A program made the position numbers and the translations under genes. DNA of 24,000 nucleotides from contig WUQV01000172.1 of NCBI GenBank assembly GCA_009889585.1, positions 1-24,000 of the forward strand, written 5' to 3'. This stretch comes from Candidatus Bathyarchaeota archaeon. Its GTDB lineage: Archaea; Thermoproteota; Bathyarchaeia; Bathyarchaeales; WUQV01. The stretch's first letter is position 1, and each line of letters opens with the position of its first letter. The notes under the pieces are model-generated. The model was not told where the DNA came from. It saw only the letters and a list, made by a program, of their open reading frames with translations, and did not search any database. Positions 7,527-16,046 of this stretch are shown one piece after another.

Positions 7527-9995
7527 TTAACGCTCAATCATAATACGAACTTCAGGATGACCTTCAACAACCTTACCCTCGCCTTCCTTTAATGAAATTA
7601 TTAACTCTTGAGATTTACAAGCACCTATTACATCATCCTTTGCTAATGTAATTATATCGATTAGCTCTTCACTAGAGGTATAAACTATTAACCTCCTTAT
7701 CGAAGTATTAAGTGGCATTCTTCTCTCAGCCTTATGCTTTCTCACTTCACTAATCAAAGCCAAGATTAAATCACCATGACGTTCAACTATTTCATTAATA
7801 ATTCCTTCATCAACTATTGGCCATGGAGAAATATGAATACTCTTATAACCCTTATCTTCCGCATACATAACTTGATAAATCTCCTCAGTAATATGTGGCA
7901 TAAATGGTGCTAATAATTGTAATACTTTGTAAATGGCATTATATAATGCAAATTGTGCAGCTCTTCTTTTACCTTCACCATAAATTTCCAACCTATAAAG
8001 TCGATCCTTTACAGCTTCAATATACTTATCGCAAAGGACATGCCATGTGAAATTTCGAACTTCTTCTATCGCTACATTAAATTGACAATTCTCTAACGCA
8101 TCAGTTACCCTCTTTACGACTCGTTCAAGCTTGCTTAATAACCACTTATCCAAAAGCTGAAGTTCAATGCCCTTCTCTAACTTCGAATCGTAATCCATTA
8201 AGTGATAGCTTGCGAATCTAGCTGCGTTCCACAACTTCCTTATGAATCGACGGCCGTATTCAACGTCTGGCCAACGGAATGGGATATCGTAGCCCGTTGC
8301 TCCACCTGCTAAGGCCCATTGCCTCGTTGCATCGGCGCCGTATTTATCGATAACCTCCGGGGCAGCTACATAATTACCCTTAGACTTACTCATCTTCCTA
8401 CCGTCCGAGCCTAACACCATCCCGTTTATCAAGCAGCTCTTATACGGCCTTTCGTTGAAAAGGGCTAGATGATGAACCATTAAGTAATAAGCCCACGTCC
8501 TGATGATGTCGTATCCCGATGGATGTAAATCCGCTGGGAAAAGCTTACGCCAACCTTCTCGATCTGGCCAACCAGCGTGAATAGCGCACGTTAACGATGA
8601 GTCAAACCAAGTGTCTAACACGTCTCTTTCGGGGATGAACTCGAAGTGACCGCACTTCGGGCACTTCTCCACCTTAGGGGGCTCAACCCTAGGGTCTATC
8701 GGGAGCCAATTCGCTTCAGCGATGATGACCTCCTTGCACTTGCCGCAGTACCAAATCGGGATGGGGGTGGCGAAGACCCTTTGCCTTGACACTACCCAAT
8801 CCCAATCTAAAGAACGAGCCCAATCGATTAATCGATGCTTCATATGATCTGGATACCACTTAAGCTCTAAGGCGTTCCTTTCGACTTCATCGGTAAGAGC
8901 CCTCGTCCTCATAAACCATTGCTCCCTTTCTAAGATTTCAATCGGAGTTCCACACCTCCAACAAACGCCTACTTCTTGTTGAATATACTCAACTTTTTTC
9001 AATAATCCCTCGTTCTTTAAATCCTCAATTACAGCCTTTCTTGCTCCTTCTATAGTCATATTTGCATATTTTCCAGCTTCCTCATTTATCTTTCCATCAT
9101 GAGTAATACACATAATAATTGGTAATTGATTTCTCTTAACGACCTTAACATCTGCCTTATCACCATATGTACATATCATTACGACGCCTGTACCAAACTT
9201 CGGATCAACTGATTCTTCAGCTATAATCTCTACCACCCTCTTCACAATAGGCACTATGATTCTTTTTCCAATATATGATCGATATCTTTCATCAAATGGA
9301 TTTACAGATACAGCAACGCACGCTGATATAAGCTCCGGCCTCGTTGTCGCTATTATTAAACTTCCACCTTCCACAAGCTCAAACTCCATATAGTATAAAG
9401 CTCCATCTCTAGATTCATGCTCTACTTCAGCATCTGCAATTGCTGTCTCACATCGTGGACACCAATTAATTGGATGCATTCCTCTATATATGAACCCATT
9501 TTTATAAAGAGTAATGAATGATAATTGAGTTCTCCTCCAATAATTTGGATCCATTGTTTTATATTCTATCATCCAATCCACTGAACAACCTAATCGAATA
9601 ATGGCATTTTTCATTATATCAATATATTTACTTACGAGTTGCTCACAAAGCTTGCGAAACTCTTTCGGATGAACTTCAGCCTTCCTCATACCATAGCGCT
9701 CTTCTACTTCTACTTCAGTTGGAAGACCATGGCAATCCCATCCTTGTGGAAAAAGTACGTTGTAACCTTTCATGCGCTTATACCTAGCTACGACGTCAAA
9801 ATACGTCCAATTTAAAACGTTCCCCATATGGAAGTCTCCAGAGGGATAAGGAGGAGGAGTATCAATAGTAAACGTCGGCTTAGTCGTATCTTCCCAATCA
9901 AAACGATAAATGCCCGTCTCCTCCCATTTACGTTGCCACTTCTCCTCTACTTTGATTATATCGCATTCCTTAGGTAGGACCTTCACGTAAACCAT
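7527..9995 (-). CDS. valS: Valyl-tRNA synthetase
   Basis: Class I signature 'PPPYPSGDFHMGNVLNWTYFDVVARYKRMKGYNVLFPQGWDCHGLPTEVEVE', editing domain 'TTRPELISACVAVSVNP', 'KMSKSKGNYV', anticodon-binding domain. The fold-lead sequence favours ValRS over IleRS/LeuRS. Confidence 0.92.
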   Translation of the reverse strand: MVYVKVLPKECDIIKVEEKWQRKWEETGIYRFDWEDTTKPTFTIDTPPPYPSGDFHMGNVLNWTYFDVVARYKRMKGYNVLFPQGWDCHGLPTEVEVEERYGMRKAEVHPKEFRKLCEQLVSKYIDIMKNAIIRLGCSVDWMIEYKTMDPNYWRRTQLSFITLYKNGFIYRGMHPINWCPRCETAIADAEVEHESRDGALYYMEFELVEGGSLIIATTRPELISACVAVSVNPFDERYRSYIGKRIIVPIVKRVVEIIAEESVDPKFGTGVVMICTYGDKADVKVVKRNQLPIIMCITHDGKINEEAGKYANMTIEGARKAVIEDLKNEGLLKKVEYIQQEVGVCWRCGTPIEILEREQWFMRTRALTDEVERNALELKWYPDHMKHRLIDWARSLDWDWVVSRQRVFATPIPIWYCGKCKEVIIAEANWLPIDPRVEPPKVEKCPKCGHFEFIPERDVLDTWFDSSLTCAIHAGWPDREGWRKLFPADLHPSGYDIIRTWAYYLMVHHLALFNERPYKSCLINGMVLGSDGRKMSKSKGNYVAAPEVIDKYGADATRQWALAGGATGYDIPFRWPDVEYGRRFIRKLWNAARFASYHLMDYDSKLEKGIELQLLDKWLLSKLERVVKRVTDALENCQFNVAIEEVRNFTWHVLCDKYIEAVKDRLYRLEIYGEGKRRAAQFALYNAIYKVLQLLAPFMPHITEEIYQVMYAEDKGYKSIHISPWPIVDEGIINEIVERHGDLILALISEVRKHKAERRMPLNTSIRRLIVYTSSEELIDIITLAKDDVIGACKSQELIISLKEGEGKVVEGHPEVRIMIER

Positions 9996-10043
9996 CTCCT
10001 CTCAACTAGCGGCTATACGCAAATGCACGATAGATAATGCCTT

Positions 10044-10880
10044 TCAGCTTAAAAACCTCTCCAATCCCTCTCGCCTTTTGCGACGGACGTCAAGGGCTTC
10101 GATCTTATCGTTAACGACTATGCTCATCCCATCGAAGGCCGCTATAGTCCTTACGCCCGTCTTTCGTTCGATGATCTTTGCTTCATTCATCGGCTTTCCT
10201 AAGATCATCTTCGTCCCGAAGTGCGTTATAACGGCTGCCTCCGGACAAGATTCGCTCACGATCTTAACAGCGTCGTCCGTCGTCATATGGCCCTTCCAAG
10301 GCCTGCCGGACGGCCTCATGACGCAAAGGATGAGCAACCTAACCCCTCGGTAGTAATTACCGATCCCCTCGAAGTACTCGGTGTCGCTTGTATACGCGAC
10401 ATCGCCAACGCCCTCGCTTTCGATTCTAAAGCCCACGGTGTCGGGATCGGTGTGATGCGCCTCCGTTGCCAAAACGTTCAACCCCTCGACTTGAAATGAA
10501 GAGCCAAGCTCGGCCTTAACGAGGTATTTCGGCGCCGATTGATGGTACTTCGAGATCGAAGGGCCGCAGACCTCATTCCCGACGAGGACGCTTTTAGAGG
10601 CTGCCAATAGCCCTCGCTTCTTCGTCACGCCGTACGTCATCGCCTCGATTAGGACTTCTGCATCATCATAATGGTCCAAGTGGCTATGCGATACCAATAA
10701 GGCGTTTATCTTCCGCGGGTCAAGCCCTTCGGCCAGAGAGTAAACTATGGAGCCAGGGCCTGGGTCTAGGTGAAGGTTTAAGCCTTCGGCGAGGATGCGA
10801 ATCCCCCCTGTTTTACGCTTTTGGGTAACCGTGGCGAACCTTCCGCCGCCAGTCCCGAGGAATACTATCTCTAGCTTCAA
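10044..10880 (-). CDS. MBL-fold metallo-hydrolase
   Basis: 'LLVSHSHLDHYDDAEVLIEA' (HxHxDH), 'ATEAHHTDPDTVGF', 'YTSDTEYF', 'VITHFGTKM'. Confidence 0.9.
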   Translation of the reverse strand: MKLEIVFLGTGGGRFATVTQKRKTGGIRILAEGLNLHLDPGPGSIVYSLAEGLDPRKINALLVSHSHLDHYDDAEVLIEAMTYGVTKKRGLLAASKSVLVGNEVCGPSISKYHQSAPKYLVKAELGSSFQVEGLNVLATEAHHTDPDTVGFRIESEGVGDVAYTSDTEYFEGIGNYYRGVRLLILCVMRPSGRPWKGHMTTDDAVKIVSESCPEAAVITHFGTKMILGKPMNEAKIIERKTGVRTIAAFDGMSIVVNDKIEALDVRRKRREGLERFLS

Positions 10881-11187
10881 TGCTGAACAACTTAATAGTT
10901 AATCAACTTAAATTTGTCCTTTTCCGTTAACCGTAACGATTCGCCTCCATACGATCTTCTTCGAAAAACCTTACAACGCTTCAAGAGCGCCTTAGCCATC
11001 CTTTATAAGGCTCGAAGGTACGTGCAGCCTGTCAGAAAAACGCTTAGGCATTTTCTGACTTCCCCATCACAGCCTTCGGGCCCCCTTTCAGCTATCTCCC
11101 GAGCTTAGCTATGAGCTTGTTCACAGCGAAGGCTCATGAAGCCTTAAAGCTGCATAACCTTAACCTTAGAAACCTACTTAAGCTCCT

Positions 11188-11412
11188 TCAAGATGCTATG
11201 ATTCGCTTCAGATACGGCGTAGGCCTTGTATGGTCATCTACTATAAGTACCACTTTAAACCTTGGCTTAGCAGCTTAACGTAACCTTTCACTATGAATAG
11301 GACTTTCTAAAACGTCTCTTACTACTTCATAGGACCCATGCTTCAGAACTCCTTAAGCTATAGCTCCATTATCTAATAGGAATAGCTTCTCTATCGGAAT
11401 TCCTTCGATGTC
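11188..11412 (-). pseudogene. Decayed N-terminal fragment of a LarA/DUF2088-like (nickel-dependent lactate racemase family) protein
   Basis: Manual translation of one minus frame: DIEGIPIEKLFLLDNGAIA*GVLKHGSYEVVRDVLESPIHSERLR*AAKPRFKVVLIVDDHTRPTPYLKRIIAS*. The 'xxNPIxSxxL...KVxIVxDDxTRPTP' block is characteristic of LarA/DUF2088. Three stops, and the remaining ~300+ codons are absent. Confidence 0.6.
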
Positions 11413-11504
11413 TCACTTACTATTATTAGATACAATCGATTATAGAAATTCTAAACGTACTGTCTAAAAATGTTATGGAGAACCTTCAGCAATATAGGTA
11501 AAAA

Positions 11505-13151
11505 TTAAGATAGTCCGAGCTGTTTAAGTAACTTCTCCTTAACCCCTCTATGAATTATCTTTCCTGAGCCAGTTCTAGGAAGCTCTTCAGCCTTCATGAA
11601 GAACACCTTCTTAGGCTTCTTATAGCTCGTAATTTTGCCAGTACACCAATCTATAACCTCCTTCTCCGTAAGCTTAGAGCTCTCCCCTGTCACTACAACG
11701 GCAGTTACCGCTTCACCCCACTTCTCATCTGGAAGACCTATTACACAAACTTCTACCACGTCAGGACTTTGGGCGATCACTTGCTCCACTTCAGAAGGAA
11801 AGACTTTCTCCCCTCCAGTGATTATCATATTATCCTTTCTATCTACAAGGTAGATGTAGCCCTCTTCATCCCTCATAGCCATATCTCCAGCGCTAAAGTA
11901 GAGCTTATCGTCTATAACCCTGAAGGACTTCTTAGTCTTCTCAGGGTCTTTATAGTAGCCATCAAACATCATAGAACCTCTAGAGTAAAGCTCACCAATC
12001 ATTCTGGGTTCGGTAATAACATTCCCTTCATCATCCAGAAGTTTTATCTCATAAGTACAGAGGGTCTCTCTACCTATTGAGCCCACCTTCCTTAATTGAT
12101 CCTCATGCTTTAGTATAGTCACTATGCCAGCCTCAGTAGAGCCATAGGCCTCTAAAAGCTTAACATGAGGCATCCACTTCAGTATACGCTCTTTAATTGG
12201 ACCTCTCACTGGAGCTGAAGACGTTAAGAGTACTTTAAGGGAGCTTACGTCATACTTCTTCTTAACATCTTCAGGCAAATCTAAGAGGAGCTTATAGTGC
12301 GTAGGTATTAACGAAATGAAGTTTATCTTCTCTCTATTCACTATCTGGAGGAGTTCTTCAGGATCAAATCCTCTATCCCTCCCTATAAACTGAGAGCCTC
12401 CTATGTAAAGCCAGAGGAGGCCATAAAATGTGGAGTTCACATGAAACCAAGGCATTATAGTCATGCCGCACATATTTTCATCGAAGCCATGCTCTATAGC
12501 AAACACCGTATAAACAGCAGAATAGGAGCCATGAGACCTAACGCAGCCTTTAGGTAGGCCAGTGGTTCCGGAGGTGTAAACCTGGATCCAAGGGTCCTTA
12601 GGCTCGACGAGAACCTTAGGCCTCGTAGGTGAAGCGCTAGCTAAGAACGCCTCATAGTCCTCGTAGCCTTCAGGAACTGGCTTGTCAGTCCTTTTAACCA
12701 CTACGTAGCCTTCCTTAATTACGTCCTCAAATTTTGCCTTAACTTGATCAACGATCGGCACAAACTCTTCCTCAACTATGACAACCTTACTATCAGCATG
12801 GTTAACGACATATTGAACCTCGCTTGAGACGAATCTCCAGCTTATAGGAGCTACAACCAAACCCGCCTTAGCTGCAGCACAATAGACATCTGCATATTCT
12901 TCACAATTTAACATCATCGTTGAAAACCTATCGCCCTTTCTCAACCCTAAGCTTAGGAGGGAGTTCGCTAGCCTGTTCACCCTTTCATTAAACTCCCTAT
13001 AGTTAAAGGTCTTACCCCTCCAGTCTTTAACGGCCATCTTGTTAGGATACTTCTTCGCATTAACATCAAGTTGCTCACCAATCGTAAGCCATTCAGTACC
13101 CCTTTCATACCATGAGGGAACGTACTCGGGTATGGACGCTCTTTCGGACAT
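11505..13151 (-). CDS. AMP-forming acyl-CoA synthetase/ligase
   Basis: 'VYTSGTTGLPKGCVRSH' P-loop motif, 'LLEAYGSTEAG', 'LYFSAGDMAMRDEEGYIYLVDRKDNMIITGGEKVFPSEVE', 'SYKKPKKVFFM...PRTGSGKI'. Confidence 0.95.
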   Translation of the reverse strand: MSERASIPEYVPSWYERGTEWLTIGEQLDVNAKKYPNKMAVKDWRGKTFNYREFNERVNRLANSLLSLGLRKGDRFSTMMLNCEEYADVYCAAAKAGLVVAPISWRFVSSEVQYVVNHADSKVVIVEEEFVPIVDQVKAKFEDVIKEGYVVVKRTDKPVPEGYEDYEAFLASASPTRPKVLVEPKDPWIQVYTSGTTGLPKGCVRSHGSYSAVYTVFAIEHGFDENMCGMTIMPWFHVNSTFYGLLWLYIGGSQFIGRDRGFDPEELLQIVNREKINFISLIPTHYKLLLDLPEDVKKKYDVSSLKVLLTSSAPVRGPIKERILKWMPHVKLLEAYGSTEAGIVTILKHEDQLRKVGSIGRETLCTYEIKLLDDEGNVITEPRMIGELYSRGSMMFDGYYKDPEKTKKSFRVIDDKLYFSAGDMAMRDEEGYIYLVDRKDNMIITGGEKVFPSEVEQVIAQSPDVVEVCVIGLPDEKWGEAVTAVVVTGESSKLTEKEVIDWCTGKITSYKKPKKVFFMKAEELPRTGSGKIIHRGVKEKLLKQLGLS

Positions 13152-13548
13152 TCAGATTTTTATCTATGACGCGACAATTTAAGTTTTTTCGGCTCCTTGG
13201 ATTTCGTTCCCCCTCATGCTTAAGGGTTCCGTTAGACTTTGGTACCGAACTTAGCCACGCATTTTCGGACTTTGAGCCTTAGAAGGGGTCGTATGGAAGT
13301 GGATGCAACGATAGCTTTAAAGGGAGAAGCCTAGGAGGCTTGTAGCCGTTAGTGAGTGTACGTTAAGGCTAACGACAAGCAGCACTAGTCTATGTGGCGT
13401 TAAACATCGGTAGGGGCGAGCCACAGTTATGAAAGGACATATTCTATGAGGAATCCATAAGCATCCGAGCCCTTCTTAACGGAATTCCTAAAGCTATGTG
13501 AGGTGAACTCTAACTTCATAGCGGATAAGGCTCCACGGCTTAAAAACG

Positions 13549-14793
13549 TTAACGGAACTTACGCCTATGAGCCATAACTTCTACAAAACTTTCCACCTTC
13601 ATCTTAATTTGCTCCTCTGAGAAGTAGCGCCAGTCTGTAGCATCTAGCTCTATTATAAGGCCCGGTATGCCGTGGCGATCGCGTAAGTAGTTCTTCATGT
13701 CTATGTTATCCACCGACATGAACCTACAGCCCCAGTTAGTGGGCATTATGAAGCCATCGAGGCTGTATCCTTTAACGAGATCGTCGAATAACCTCATTTT
13801 GAACTCTAACGTTGAGTTAGAGTATATAGTTAACTGCCTTTTAGCTATGCTTTCAAAGGGCTTAGAGGGGTCTAATCTGCCAGCCCAAGTAATGGTGGGA
13901 GTCTCTATCACCACAACTACCCCCAAGCTTTTTAAGTAATCGTAAAAGCCTAAGTTAAACCATGGAGGTAAATTATCCCATGCCACTCTATACTTCTCCT
14001 CAGGTATTACGCCTACTCCTTCCTTCACCTTAGAAGCTACCTCATCCTTGAGCTTGGTATAAAAGTCTACAGCTAGCCGGCTTCCTGGAGCAGCAAGTAT
14101 GAAGAAGACGGCCGACCAAGCGTCCTCAGCCCCCATGGGACATGGTATAGCTTTACGTAACTCCATGATGTCCATCCATAAATCGTTAGCCTTAGCTGAA
14201 GTTTCAAAGGCCTTCTTCAAACTATTCTTATCCAGTTTAGTGTCAAGACATCTTTCCAAGAAATCTATAAGGCGCTCTATTTCAGCTACGTAAAGCTCTA
14301 CGTACACTTCTTCCACTTCCTCCTTAGTAGCTCCAAATACATTATAAGGTACATCTAAGTAGAAGTAAGGGACTTTGAGCATTTTACTTAAGAATTGACT
14401 CCACTTTAAGTGCGTATCACATGATGTTGAAGCGGCTAAGATTAAGCTAGGCCTAGGCATACCGCCTAAAGGGGCTTCTTCAGGCCTTAAGAGGCTCCCT
14501 ATGGTGTTTCTAGCGTAAGAGCAAAGGTCTTTAGAGAAGCCCTTCCTTTCAGCAACTTCACAGCATTTTACGGAGACCTTAAAGGCTCCTTGAATACAAG
14601 CGTATTGTTCAGGCCATATGGGGTATACGTCAAAAGCTTGAGCTATTTCCACGGGAAATGTTGAAAAAACCCAAGCTACAGGTTTACCCTCTTTACTAGC
14701 CTTATGTCCTCCTTCAAAGTAAGGTTTCACGTAATTCTTAAAGAAGCCCTTTGTAATTTCTAAACCTCTAGCACGTGAAGATCTAGCTATCAA
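13549..14793 (-). CDS. 2-hydroxyacyl-CoA dehydratase / benzoyl-CoA reductase family subunit (larger, BcrB/HgdA-like)
   Basis: 'GKPVAWVFSTFPVEIAQAFDVYPIWPEQYACI', 'LILAASTSCDTHLKWSQFLSKMLKVPYFYLDVP', 'GFIMPTNWGCRFMSVDN'. TTG start; 4 nt after the stop of the upstream subunit. Confidence 0.85.
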   Translation of the reverse strand: MIARSSRARGLEITKGFFKNYVKPYFEGGHKASKEGKPVAWVFSTFPVEIAQAFDVYPIWPEQYACIQGAFKVSVKCCEVAERKGFSKDLCSYARNTIGSLLRPEEAPLGGMPRPSLILAASTSCDTHLKWSQFLSKMLKVPYFYLDVPYNVFGATKEEVEEVYVELYVAEIERLIDFLERCLDTKLDKNSLKKAFETSAKANDLWMDIMELRKAIPCPMGAEDAWSAVFFILAAPGSRLAVDFYTKLKDEVASKVKEGVGVIPEEKYRVAWDNLPPWFNLGFYDYLKSLGVVVVIETPTITWAGRLDPSKPFESIAKRQLTIYSNSTLEFKMRLFDDLVKGYSLDGFIMPTNWGCRFMSVDNIDMKNYLRDRHGIPGLIIELDATDWRYFSEEQIKMKVESFVEVMAHRRKFR

Positions 14794-14797
14794 GCTT

Positions 14798-15910
14798 TCA
14801 CCTTAAGGATTCTATGAAGGCCTCCACTCTAGTCTTAAGAGGAGCCCACCATGCCTCTACATGGCTCCACTCTATTAAGGTCGCAGGTATCCCTATGTCC
14901 TTAAGCTCCTCCATAAGCATAGGGGCATCGAAAAGATATGTATCACAAAACTTTACGCAATATAAAATAACCCCTTCTACATGGTAACGTTTAATAAGCT
15001 CCTTGAGGTAAGCAAACCTTTCTTCACCATGTTGAGTGAAAGCACATGGAACCTTGTTAAGGTACCTCTCAGCTATAGCCTCTAGTGGAGGGGATGAGGT
15101 TTTAACTAAGCCCTCGAAGTACCTAGTCCCCGTACAAGTATCATCAACTACCACTATGCCTCCAGAGTCTTCAACCATACTTATGAGCTTAGCTTCATTA
15201 TCTATTATGCTGCATGAGACTAAGACTCTAGGTCTATCTTTAAACTCACTCCTAAGCTTAGGAGGTTCCTTCACTAGCTCCCTTAAGCTTTTTAAAACCT
15301 CCTCCTTAGGATACGTAATAGAGTAAGCCAATATGTAGAAAGCCTCTACGCCTGTTAAAAGAGGCGGGTCTTCAGTCCTTAATTCATAAAGCTTACTTAA
15401 AAGTAAGCGTTCCTCGTTTAATAAGTTTATAGCCTTCCTCAACTCATCTTCAGGCACTTCAACCTTCAAGAATGTTTCCAAACTCTTCTTAAGCTTCTTC
15501 ACTTCATAAAGGTATCGTTTGAAGGCATTAGAAGTCTTAGAGTGTGGTGTATTGAAGAAGTGAAGATAGGAGTAACTTAAATGAAGCTTCCATCTGTCGA
15601 AACACCTACCCATATTGTCACAGCTATTAGAGAAAATCACTCCATCAAGGTAATCATAATCGCCCTTAAGTGAAGCCTCTAAAATACTCCTCATAGTTGA
15701 ACATATATTGACAGGTAAGTAGGAGTCAGCTCTAGGCGTACCTCCTAATGATCCGCTCACTTTAACTGGCATAGCGCCTGAAGCTATTAATAATTCCTCA
15801 GGTATATATGTACAAGTTAAGCCCATTAGGAGTTTACCTTCAGCCTTAAGCTTCCTACCCTTCTCATGCCTCTTAACGAAGGATTCTTTAAAGAATAAGG
15901 GTTCAACCAT
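14798..15910 (-). CDS. 2-hydroxyacyl-CoA dehydratase / benzoyl-CoA reductase family subunit (smaller, BcrC/HgdB-like)
   Basis: 'LMGLTCTYIPEELLIASGAMPVKVSG', 'GVIFSNSCDNMGRCFDRW', 'VLVSCSIIDNEAKLISMVEDSGGIVVVDDTCTGTRYF', 'VILYCVKFCDTYLFDAPMLMEELKDIGIPATLIEWS'. Confidence 0.88.
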   Translation of the reverse strand: MVEPLFFKESFVKRHEKGRKLKAEGKLLMGLTCTYIPEELLIASGAMPVKVSGSLGGTPRADSYLPVNICSTMRSILEASLKGDYDYLDGVIFSNSCDNMGRCFDRWKLHLSYSYLHFFNTPHSKTSNAFKRYLYEVKKLKKSLETFLKVEVPEDELRKAINLLNEERLLLSKLYELRTEDPPLLTGVEAFYILAYSITYPKEEVLKSLRELVKEPPKLRSEFKDRPRVLVSCSIIDNEAKLISMVEDSGGIVVVDDTCTGTRYFEGLVKTSSPPLEAIAERYLNKVPCAFTQHGEERFAYLKELIKRYHVEGVILYCVKFCDTYLFDAPMLMEELKDIGIPATLIEWSHVEAWWAPLKTRVEAFIESLR

Positions 15911-15965
15911 ATTAGCCCCCTCGATAGAAGGACGTACTAATGGATTTAAGCTTTATCAGCTTTTT

Positions 15966-16004
15966 GGAAAACGCTAAACGCCATTTTATCCTTTAGCGTT
16001 TTCC
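15966..16004. promoter_or_regulatory. Perfect 13+13 bp inverted repeat with 13-nt spacer, directly upstream of the purF TATA box
   Basis: GGAAAACGCTAAA - cgccattttatcc - TTTAGCGTTTTCC; followed by 'taaaaataaa' (about 16011-16020) and the purF start at 16047. Confidence 0.65.
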
Positions 16005-16046
16005 GCGGTCTAAAAATAAATAAACAAGGCATTTTCATTCGCGCAC

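Noticed and set aside
7527-9995. IleRS or LeuRS annotation for this class I synthetase
   Set aside because: The motif around 'PPPYPSGDFHMGNVLNWTYFD...GWDCHGLPTEVEVE' and the editing-domain 'TTRPELISACVAV' fit ValRS better.
10078-10499. Forward ORFs 10078..10353 and 10221..10499
   Set aside because: Antisense to the MBL-fold gene, which has clear metal-binding motifs.
10914-11108. Forward ORF 10914..11108 (64 aa), and a 55 aa + strand frame starting near 11111
   Set aside because: No domain; lies in the intergenic/decayed stretch. The minus strand carries the stronger LarA-like reading for the adjacent part.
11635-14293. Forward ORFs 11635..11853, 11769..12080, 13697..13939, 14099..14293
   Set aside because: All antisense to the acyl-CoA synthetase or dehydratase subunit.
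15036-15326. Forward ORF 15036..15326
   Set aside because: Antisense to the dehydratase small subunit; Ser/Thr-rich shadow frame.
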